A stretch of DNA of 64,000 bases from Malacoraja senta (lineage: Eukaryota). A program made the translations under genes and the position numbers. The first letter of the stretch is position 1; each line of letters begins with the position of its first letter. The notes beneath the pieces were generated by a model. It was not told the origin of the DNA and ran no database searches. It saw only the letters and a list, made by a program, of their open reading frames with translations. Shown here piece by piece: positions 53,216-64,000 of this stretch. The stretch is taken from the NCBI GenBank assembly GCA_038087875.1, contig CM075994.1:124001-188000 (forward strand), written 5' to 3'.

Positions 53216-53453
53216 TTAATCCGGTATCGAACCGTTCGGACGGTCATTAAGGGTCCGGACCGCGAGCATGTGCTTCCTGACGTGCAGGTATAGTCCCTCA
53301 TTCACCCACATTATTTAGTCATTTTCACCCATCATATTCCCTAAATGAAGGGTAAAAATTACTAATTAACGAGGGTGAATGAGGGCATCTACCTGCATGC
53401 CAGGAAGCCCGTGCTCACGGTCCGGCCTTAACGACCGTCCAATACCCGCTTAA
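53216..53453. mobile_element. Foldback/MITE with long imperfect inverted arms; a half copy lies at about 52900-52990
   Basis: ggacggtcattaagggtccggaccgcgagca... versus ...gtgctcacggtccggccttaacgaccgtcc. Confidence 0.6.
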
Positions 53454-53518
53454 CTCTTGCAAAAGCTACAACTGAATAGAACTGAAGCAAATAAACGTAA
53501 ACAGAAGAACTAACCTTG

Positions 53519-53690
<172 letters not shown>

Positions 53691-53756
53691 AACAACACAT
53701 GTAAACTTATCACCAAACTAACAAAAATATATAAAGAAACTTTTGATGGGAGGAGA

Positions 53757-55003
53757 TAAAATAGAAAGATTAAACGAGAACTTACCGTTTGAAGTTTGAT
53801 CTTTATTTTATGAGAAGTTGCAGTGAGGGATACGTGAAGAAGCCTGCCTGCCCGCATGTGCGTCAATCTTGAAAGTAGCTGTATGAAACCACAGAATAGT
53901 TGCCTGACCTAAGCTATAGGAAGATTAACGAAATTAGAACTACCGAATGATCTTTGTGAGAAGTAGGGTTGGGAGTGGAGGGCACGTAATCCTTCACTGA
54001 AACTTCTCATAAAATAAAGATCAAACTTCAAATGGTAAGTTCTCGTTTAATCTTTCTATTTTATTTCAAATACGTGAAGATTTCAAAGCTCCGTGGTTTC
54101 ATGCAGTGAGACAATCTGTGTGTGAAACACTAAAACAGATAAACCATTAATGGTAGGAAAAAACATGACGCTCAGTTGCATACATGGCCATTGCTCTAAA
54201 CTGGCATGTAATAGTCCCAATAGACTGTTGAGTTAGACAATAACTTATGCAACAATGTGCATAAATCTATCTGCAAATATCCAGACATATTCCACCAAAT
54301 TAATAATTTATTAACCCGCACTGTGTAAACCTCATGCTATATGATGAACGGGAAATCCATTGGATTGGCTGCAAATGAGCCATCAGCAATATCTTGAGAC
54401 TATTGAAACAAGAGAACTATCTTCCATTTCAATGACAACCCTGATCTCTGTTCTGGTGGGTATGCTGTCAACCTCAAATGTACGCAATCCTGCTCATTTG
54501 CTTATGAGATTATTTCTATAACAAGCTACCCTTATGTCAGTATGACGTGGAGACTAAGCCAGAGATTGAGTAAAGGCTGTATTCTTTATGCTGAGATCAG
54601 CTGATGAAAGCATAATCATCTTAAGATACTGGTCCCACTAGGAAATTTTTAAGGAATATTTTGCATAACAATTAACTCATATATATCGCACATTACAATG
54701 AGTGTAGGCTATTAGAATGGTCAAATAAAAGACACCCTGCATAACATTAGAGAATATTGGGTGAAGAACCAATCATTTATGTCCCACTTCTGGTATTACA
54801 GAAATGATAAAGCAGCACAAGCAATGTCAATTGTGCCATCCCATAAAGTTTCTCTCGGCTCAAACTGGAAGCCACACAACCCTCTGTTACTTCCGTATAA
54901 AATTGACTCACATATGTTGTTCACAAGCTTCTCATACAAGCGTGCAGAGCTAGATGCCCAAGAAGACAGGCTGTCCCAGCCGTCACTCGTGACTGAGTAA
55001 ATA
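53757..55003 (-). mobile_element. Older, internally deleted DIRS relative (terminus, ICR and recombinase remnants)
   Basis: 53757-53870 and 53985-54090 align to the first DIRS terminus and ICR; 54584-54626 aligns to 18367-18410; probable other terminus gtcactcgtgactgagtaaat near 54982-55002. Confidence 0.75.
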
Positions 55004-55059
55004 AGAGTTGCTTCAGCTTTGTTATTAAACAGCAGAATCTGTGCCTTATGTGTATAGAT

Positions 55060-57890
55060 ATGATGGAGTATGCAACTACAAGATCGATTCTCTGAGTCAG
55101 TTAAATTGCAGACACCCAATTCATCTGGGATGGAAGAAATGCTTGAAAATCCCCAACCCAGGGCCCCGAATTGACCAGATTCAGTCAAGAGGAAGGTCAA
55201 ATCAGTCGGATGAAACTCAGTGGCAGGAAGAAAATCCACAGTCCGCAGAGCATCAGCACCCTACGGGATGTGGCAGAAGTTTCAGGCAACAGTCCAAGAC
55301 ACAACCAGGCACGTCATAAAGTGGAGAACATGCAAGGACGTAAGTCGTTGGTGAAATAGCCAAAGTCTAATAGCAAGGAGTGTGAAACCATCATGCAGAT
55401 GTGAGCTTAATCTCAAGTGGAATCCAGGGATCAGCAGAAAAGAAGTTGGAGAAGATGGGTGATCTAGTCTACAGCTATGGAAAGGAGAGATTTGGTGAGA
55501 AGGAACAACTCAGCAGAAAAGACAGGCCTCCTTTCCCCAAGTCCCGTCTTCTCCAGGAAATCCAATGACTTGTTAAAGAAAGAAGAGGCCTGAGAAAGGC
55601 ATGGAAAATAGCAACAGCAGAAGAAAGGGAGGGCATCAACCTCCTTCACGAAGACCTAAAACAAAGGCCCTCGAAGCTGAGCAGAGCGGAGAATTTAAGG
55701 AAACAACGCAAAAGAAGGAAAAAGCAAGAACAGACTTCTACAAAGATCCCTTTAAGTTTGTGAAAGGCATTTTCACAAAAGAGAAAAGCGGATCCCTGAA
55801 AGCGTCAAAAAAGGAGGTTGAAGGACACATCAGAACCATCCACACTGATGAGTTAAAAGATGAACGGATTTTTGTCCCACTGACATCCCACCAATCTCAT
55901 CCCAAAACATCAATTTGACATCAGCCCTCCCAAGCTGAGTGAGGTAAGAAGAAGTAGTGAGGAAGGCAAGAACGGCCTCTGTACCAGGCCCTAATGGTGT
56001 TCTATTGTGTCTACAAGAATGCCCCAGATATTCTGAAATTCCTCTGGAGGAACATGAGGGTTGCGTGGGAAAAGCAGTCATCCCAAAGCCTGGCGAAGAG
56101 CGGGGAGAGTGGTGATCACAAAATTAAAAAAATCATCCACTATCGAACAGTTTCGGCAAATAAACCTTCTTAACATAGATCTTTTCAGTGTGGTGGCGAA
56201 AAGACTTACAAAGTATCTGAAACAAAACCATTTCATTGATACGTCAATCCAAGAGGCTGCCATAGCAGGCTTCTCGAGATGCCTTGAACATACCAGCATC
56301 ATATGGCATCAAATCCAGATTGCTGAGAAAGAACGAAAGAATCTGCATGTCTTGTTCCTTGACCTGGCCAACGCCTATGGATCAGTTCCTCATTTCGCTA
56401 CTGTGGACTGCTTTTCAATTCTTTCAGGTGCCTGCAATAATAACAAATCTGGTCAAAAACTACTTCCAGGATCTGCAATTTTGTCTCACAACATCAGACT
56501 TTACCACAGCGAGGCAACTACGGGCAGTAGGCATCATGGCGGGGTGCACCATCTCCCCATTGACCTTCTCTATGGCAATGGAGCTCATTATCAGAGCATC
56601 AAAATGGGTTGTGGGAGGAAAATGGCTACAGTGTGGTCAGCGGTTACCACCTATACGAGCCTATGTGGATGATATAACAACACTAACGACAACTGTCCCC
56701 TGCACCAAGAGACATCTGGAAAAACTTCATCAAAACATCACATGGGCAAGGATGAAGATTAAACCCAGCAAGTGCAGAAGCATCTCCATTGTCAAAGGTC
56801 AAGTCAAGGATCAAAGATTTCATATTGACGGAATACCTGTTCCAACTGTTTTAGAAATGCCAGTGAAGAATTTGGGCCGATGGTATGATGCAAAGCTCAA
56901 GGACACCGAGCAATTTGAACAACTCAAAAAGATACAAGCACATAGCTCGCATCAACAAGACCTTGCTACCAGGAAAACTCAAGCTGTGGCGCTTCCAATT
57001 TGGCATACTACCAAGAATCATGTGGCCTTTAACTATGTATGAAATCCCCATCAACAAAGTGGAAAAAGCTAGAAAGAATGGTCAGCGCACATGTGAAACA
57101 GTGGCTTGGACTTCCACGATGCTTAAGTGCTGTCGGACTGTACGGGAGTGGCAAATTTGAATTGCCCATTGCAGGACTTGTGGAAGAGTTCAAATGCACT
57201 AAAGCAAGGTTGGTCATGACCCTCACTGAATCTGAAGATACTGTTATTCGAACAGCGGCCCCAGTGTGGCAACGGGGAGGAAGTGGACCCCATCTGAAGC
57301 CGTTCAGAGTGCTAAGTCTGCACTTCAGTTCCAGGATATGGTTGGCCAAGTTCAACACGGGAGACCCGGACTCGGGCTCGTCCCAAAAACTCCTCAATGA
57401 CACAAGGCAACATCAGTGCAGAAAAGACGGGTCATGGTGGAGGAGGTGAGAAGATGGGAGGAGACAGAGCGACATGCCAAGGCCGTCTCAATGGCCAAGC
57501 AGGGCCAATGGACTAACTGGGAGAGCCTGGAAAAGAGGAAACAGCTGGCGTGAAATCTAGCAAATGGAAGGATCTCGGCTACGTTTTGTCATCAGAGCCA
57601 CTTATGATGTTCTACCATCACCCCAGAACCTGAAGCAGTGGTTCGGAGAAGACCCCACTTGCTCCCTTTGCCAAGCACCTGCATCACTAAGGCACATTTT
57701 AACAGGATGCACTATGATCCTCGCCCAAGGGTTACACTTGGCGGCATAACCAAGTTCTCAGACAGCTAGCATCAATCCTGGAACAGAGGCGAATGATCAC
57801 AAATGCTGCCCCACAAACATCGGCAGGAAATGTCCACTTCACAACATTTGTACCAGCAGGCCAACCTCCAGAGCACCAGATAACATCAGT
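55060..57890 (+). mobile_element. Degenerate Hero (R2-group) non-LTR retrotransposon, truncated before the restriction-like endonuclease
   Basis: DPFKFVK, GF.RCLEH, LDLANAYGSVPH, GIMAGCTISP, RAYVDD, KPSKCRSISI, C..C...SLRHILTGC, spread across frameshifts. Confidence 0.85.
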
Positions 57891-58168
57891 GAGCCGACTC
57901 CCCCCCTCACCAAAGGTCCGGCTCCCAGGTCAGAGACAGATGGCAGCTGCTTTGTACAGACTGTACTTCCTGCTGCAGGCCAGGACCGCAGAAACCACAC
58001 GGCGGCAGCTGGGGCCACACACGGATCTGACCATCCAGCGGTGGAGATTCGCACCGAGTTGTGCCCTGAGAGGGACAGTGGGGGTGGGGACTGAGTGTGA
58101 ATGGGAGGGGTGGTGGGGAGAGGGTTTGTGTGTGGGGTGAGTGCAGAGTGTGGATGTGTGCGAACGAT

Positions 58169-58269
<101 letters not shown>

Positions 58270-60144
58270 AAGAAAAAGGCTGTGTGTGAGAGAGGAAGAT
58301 GGGCAGAGGGAGGGGGCTTTATTCAGTATTTGCACTTTACAGTGTAACAGAAGGAACAAAGACTGTCAATAGTCACATTACATCAGGTGGTCATTATAAC
58401 ACAATAGTCCCATTTTTGTCTACATACACTCGAACCCCTGCGGCGACCAGTATTCACGGAAGGCCTCCAGAGTCCCCGTGGACACCGTGATTTCCCTCTC
58501 GAGGGACACGCGAGCACGGACATAGGCCCGGAAGAGGGGCAGGCAGTCGATGCTGGTGTGACCAGTGAGGGAGACTGTGTGTGTGTCTGAGAGAGAGAGA
58601 GACTGTGTGATAGATAGAGAGAGAGGCTGTGTGTGAGAAATAGGGAGAGAAACTGAATGTGTGTGAGAGGGAGAGACAGAGAGAGAAAGAGAGAGAGATG
58701 GAGCGTGTAAGAGATAGATGGAGAGTGTAAGAAAGAGGGACTGTGTGTGTGGAAGACAGGGGAGAGAGAGACTGTGTGGGAGAGAGAGAGACAGTGTGGG
58801 AGAGAGAGAGAGAGAGAGAGAGGAGACAGGGGAATGTGAAGCATATAATCTGTGTCATGTGGGGCAAACGGGGTGACATCAATGCGTGGAATGAGTTGCA
58901 AGTTGTCTCTCCACAGCTGCCAGTGCAACGTGTGAATCTGGTGCAATGGTTGCTTGCAATACATAAGGCAACAAATGGTTGATCAAAAAATGGTCTATCA
59001 GCAATGGCAGCCTCACCAACAGTGTCTGTCTTTTCATGTTTTTTGTTATTTTTGGTGTGTTTTAAAAGTTTGTGTTAATGTTCTCTGGGTTGTTTTATGT
59101 GGGGGGTGGGGGAGGGGGTCGGGGGAATCGTTTTTTCCGTCTCTTACCTTGCTGGAGATGCGATTGTTTTCCGGATCGTATCTCCGGTCGCTCTGCGGCC
59201 TAACATCATGGAGCTGGAGGCCTTGCTCGGGACTGACTTTGGTGTGGACTTAACATTGGAGCCTATGATCCCTGGCCTGGGATCAACGCTCCAACCGCAG
59301 CCTGCGGATTTCAACATCGAGGAGCTCGCAGTCTTGGGTAGAGACTAATGTTGGGAAGCTCCGAACTGGGGTCAGATCGCCCGGGGCTCGGAGCTGACAT
59401 CCCCAGATGCAGGAGCTTGATCGCCCCGACGCCGAGGGCCTGACCTCCGGCTACGGGAGCCAAGATCATCCCATCAACGGAAGGCTTGAGGCCCCCGACC
59501 GCGGGAGAACAAAGAAGGGAGGAGATTGAACTTTATTTTTCCCTTCCATCACAGTGAGGAATGTGAAGGAGACACTGTGGTGGATGTTTATGTTTAAATG
59601 TATTTTGTGTGTCTTGGTGCTTTTTATTGGTATGACTGTATGGCAAATGTATGGGGAAGGGGAGTCAGTCTCAGTCTACCCCATGACAGAAGGGGGAGGA
59701 GTTTCACAGTTTGATAGCCACAGGGAAAAAGGATCTCCTGTGGCGTTCTGTGCTGCATCTTGATGGAACCAGTCTGTTGCTGAAGGTGCTGCTCAGGTTG
59801 ACCAGTGTGTCATAGAGGCTGCATTGTCCAGGATGCTCTGCAGTTTGAGGAGCATCCTCCGCTCCAAGACCACCTCCCATGAATCCACCTCCGCCCCCAG
59901 GATGGAGCCAGCCTTCCTGATGAGTTTGTTGATGCTATTGGCATCCGTGGCCTTGCTGCCGCAGCACACGGCAGCGAAGAAGATGGCACTGGCCACCACC
60001 GATTGGTAGAACATCTGCAGCATCTTACTGCAGACATTGAAGGAGCGGAGCTTTCTCAAAAAGTACAGCCGGCTTTGTCCCTTCTTGCATTTCTGGACCA
60101 GTCCAGTTTACGGTCCAGGTTCACTCCCAGGTATTTGGAACCCG

Positions 60145-60785
60145 TCGATAGACACAAACTGCAGGTGTAACTCAGTGGGACGGGCAGCATCTCTGGATAA
60201 AAGGAATGGGTAATGTTTTGGGTTGCAACCCTTCTTCAGACTCAGGGGAGAGGGAAATCAGAGATAAGGAAGGGTAAATTGTGTGAAAACGAGATATCAA
60301 AAGAGATGGGGATCAGGGAAAATGTAGAATAGATCATTGTTATCTAGGAGAAGGTGTCCACAAAGCAAACAGATAACATGTAATCGGGGACAGTCAGACT
60401 GGTCGGAGAACTAGGAAGGGGGAGGGATGGAGAGAGAGGGAAAGCAAGGGTTACTTGAAGTTCGAGAAGTCAATATTAATACCGCTGGGGTGTAAGCTGC
60501 CCAAGTAAAATATGAGGTGCTGTTCCTCCAATTTGCGCTGGGCCTCACTCTGACAGTGGAGGAGGCCCAGGACAGAAAGGTCAGTGTGGTAATGAGAGGG
60601 GGAATAATGTGTTTAGCATCCGGGTGATCAGGTACGTCTAGGCTGACCGAGTGGAGGTGTTCAGCAAAATGATTGCCAGCCTGCGCTTGGTGTCGCCAAT
60701 ATACAGTACAGTAGTCCACACCTGGAACAGCGGAAAATTAGATGAGGTTGGATGAGGTGCAAGTGAACCTCTGCCTCACCTGAAA
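60145..60785 (-). mobile_element. Penelope-like fragment; others at 11530-11825 and 62000-62240
   Basis: QRFTCTSSNLI, FAEHL, pLTR hammerhead motif. Confidence 0.85.
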
Positions 60786-60974
60786 ACTCCATTTCCTCAC
60801 TTCACAAGTTCTGAGGCAACTATTAAACATAGACTGCAGAGCTTTAAGAAGACAACAAGGCAGAGGGACAGGTGGAATGCCTAAAAAATGCTCAAAGCCC
60901 TCTTCATGTGTCATAATAATTCTGTGCTTCAAAGAAGGACTTAGCACGTACTACAGTCTTAGTAACATTTTGAA

Positions 60975-61470
60975 CATTATAGAAACATATATATTTCTTA
61001 AAGGTTTGGACTGGCTAGATGCAGGAAACATATTCCCCATGTTGGGGGAGTCCAGTACCAGAGGTCACATTTTCAGATAGACACAAATGCTGGAGAAACT
61101 CAGCAGGTGAGGCATCATCTATGGAGCGAAGGAAATGGGCAATATTTCAGGTCAAAACCCTTCTTCAGACTCAGAAATCACAGTTTAAGAATAAGGGGTA
61201 GGCCATTTAGGACTGAGATGAGGAAAAACTTTTTCACCCAGAGAGTTGTGAATCTGTGTAATTCTCTGCCACAGAAGGCAATGGAGGCCAATTCACTGGA
61301 TGGTTTCAAGAGAGAGTTAGATTTAGCTCTTAGGGCTAAAGGAATCAAGGGATATGGGGGGAAAGCAGGAACAGAGTACCGATTTTAGATGATCAGCCTT
61401 AGATGAATGGCTTCAAGGGAGGAATGGCCTACTCATGCACCTATTTTTCTATTAGTCTATGTTTCTATGT
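60975..61470 (+). mobile_element. CR1 3' fragment with a pLTR inserted
   Basis: HSLRIRGRPFRTEMRKNFFTQRVVNL. Confidence 0.85.
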
Positions 61471-62240
61471 CTACTTTAGTTAGTTTCTGTTCTCTGTTGT
61501 TAGAGAACAAATGGCAATTGTAAAATAATCAAAATTAGGTTGAAGGGTAGCAGGACTTTGCTTATCTACCATGGGGTGGGATTGGACTGTGTTTATTAAT
61601 CTGTGTCTTTCAGAGGTGCATGATTTATAATTGTTCTTAGACCATTCTGAAGAATGAAAAAATGCCTAAGTGCCTGTTACAGTAAACAACACCTCAAAGC
61701 AAAATGTTGTATATAAGGAGCAGATGAATGTTTGTTCGGGAAACAATCTGCTTGTTCCCAGCGATCGTTCCATTCGCCGTTCTTAAATAAAGTCTCGATT
61801 GTCTTGCCCGAAGTTAGTGGTATGTTTTAAAGTTTCCTTCAACACAACGTGGTCACTTCAGGACCAAAACACGTCATCAGAAAAGTGAGGAAACAAGTTA
61901 ATTTGCAGCAGCAGAGAAGGCAGGTGAGGGAATGGTAAGAACAGCAGATGGGATATGGGTTTGACCAGATATGTATGTATTTGCACAGTACTTGTTATGT
62001 TTAGATAGACACAAAAAGCTGCAGTGACTCAGCAGGACAGGCATAATCTCTGGATAGAATGAATGGGTGATGTTTCGGGTCGAGATCCTTCTTCAGACTG
62101 GTTAGGGATAAGGAAAACAAGAGATATCGACGATGATGTAGAGAGATAAAGAACAATGAATAAAAGATATGCAGAAATGTAACAATATGCAGAAACAGGC
62201 CATTGTTAGCTGTTTGTTGGGTGAAAACGAGAAGCTGGTG

Positions 62241-64000
62241 CAGGGCCGGCCTTAGGAGGTGCGGGGCCGAATTGGGAACAATTTTCATAGAAATATAAAT
62301 ATATAATTTTAAATGAGTCATATTCAGGCATGAGTAATATGACAGTCAGAGTCGGCTTAAAAAAATCTTAAACCGCGCATGTGCAGATTGTTCTCCTCTC
62401 CATAAAAATAAAAATACAAATAAATAAAGTAACAATTCAATTTGCCCAAGGCTTCCAAGTCTCGTTCATTCTGAATTACTGAATGGGTGGGGGATGGAGG
62501 GTGATGGGAGATGGAATGGTGGTGGGAAAAACGGGAGCACACCGGTACAACATGAATCAGTTGTCATCTTATTCAATGACTATACTAGTTCAAGGGACCA
62601 ATTGGGGGGAGAGTTCCTTTCACAGCGTGTGGGGAGTCTGGCCCGGGGTAAAGTTGCGGGGAGGGCAGGAGCAGTGAGAAGGAGTGGGTCGGGGTTCATG
62701 CCAGTAACCCACTCACTCACCGCTACTGCGGCGCTCCGGGCACGGAGCCACCGCATTGTGGCCGGGGAGGGAAGCAGCTCGCGTGGCTATGAGCGGCCAG
62801 CGGCCAGTGGCTATGAGCGGCCATCACCGGACAGTGGAACCAACTGCCATCTCAGCGCCTTCTGCCGGCCCGCTCACCTCTGGGAGTGCTCTCCATCTGA
62901 ACGGTGAGGGGACCCGCTCAAGAGCAAAGATCATAAGCGGAGTGGGTCAGCGGGTGATGAATAACATCACAGCGGGCGGTGGAGCTTACTCCTGTGTCAG
63001 CGCAAACAAGAGATCGATTGAGGTTACTCACACTGATATATGGAGGAAGCTCCACCGCCAGCTGTCCTGTTATCCATCGCCCCCTGACCCGCTCTTGAGC
63101 TGGATGCTGGCATGATCCCCGACCCCCTCCTTCTCAATGCTCCTACCCTCCCCGCAACTTTACCCCTGGCCAGACTACCCACAGGCTGTGAAAGGAACTC
63201 CCCCCCCCAGCAGCGCTGACCTTTTACAGCCGCTTCACACTTTACAGCCGCTTCCCATCAGCTTCTAGCAATGAGGGATAGACTTGGCTATCCCTCGGTA
63301 TAGCAACATCGTGCTTGATGTTGCTGTCCTGAGGGATAATGATGTCTATCTTTCTTGGGTAACAACCTAATTTTCGGCCTCCAAGATGCGGGTACATTTA
63401 CTAGCAATGTTACAAAATTTTGAGATTTTATAAATCAAGTCTGGAATTTATCCCACCAGATAAAGCATAAAAAGAAGTCTAATTTGACACCTAATTCACT
63501 TTCATATCTTCAGTATTAAAAAAGTTATGGCCATTTTAATACTCGGAAATTAGCATCTTGTTCCCAATCGCTTTTTCATTGACTTAACACAAAACCTGTG
63601 ATCGAGGACAGTCAAAAGCCCATAACTTTCTTAAAACTTAAGAGAACTGAATTAAATTTTCAGTTATTATAGATTGAAGCATTCTCAAACAAATATAAAA
63701 CATCTTACTTGGATGACCTGAAATTAAAGCATATAATTAGTTAGTTACCAAATTGTAGTTAATTACAAAATTGACCGTTGTGACGGAAATAGTAATAAAC
63801 ACCCAGACAGCCTTGAAAACTATAAAATGTGATATTCTCAAGATCAGAACTTTAATATTATTGTATTATGTGCTGTAAGTCTGCAACAGATAGGTAAATA
63901 TATTACAATTTCTAGCAATAGACCAAGTCTTGATGGAGAAGACATAACAATGTAGCTGGTACATTGGCATATCATAATCAGTAGCATTCATCATACTCCT
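62241..64000. mobile_element. Probable hAT-type DNA transposon left end interrupting a Penelope copy, followed by foldback and AT-rich transposon-like sequence
   Basis: CAGGGCCGGCCTTAGG terminus at the break in the Penelope sequence; the right terminus is not in the window. Confidence 0.45.

Overview
Repeat-dense vertebrate genomic DNA, inferred to be a cartilaginous fish and probably a skate or ray (HE1/V-SINE-type SINEs, abundant CR1, Penelope and Rex1 fragments). There is one 200-N assembly gap at 52186-52385. The only host gene I can support is a minus-strand CD2/SLAM/CEACAM-like Ig-superfamily receptor, with leader, cysteine-less V-set, C2-set and TM exons spanning 45683 down to 31383; its cytoplasmic exons are unresolved. 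The rest is mostly nested transposons: a near full-length Crack/L2-group LINE inside a Rex1 copy, a complete DIRS1 element (ITRs, ICR, gag/RT/RNase H/MTase/tyrosine recombinase) carrying a CR1 and a young L1, a Tc1 containing a 5-bp-TSD hAT-like element, Hero (R2-group) fragments, Penelope fragments with hammerhead motifs, and a 2.7-kb pure-pyrimidine satellite. Four observations stand out. (1) The LINE 5' UTR contains what reads as the first coding exon of the host exocyst gene EXOC6B/EXOC6. (2) A non-coding retroelement family keeps two covarying hairpins but carries different LINE tails. (3) The Hero 3' UTR has all three hammerhead core strands in a non-standard order. (4) A 231-bp copy of the receptor's intron-1 3' end has been re-inserted nearby between 18-bp direct repeats. 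All family assignments are by motif recognition from memory; no database searches were run.
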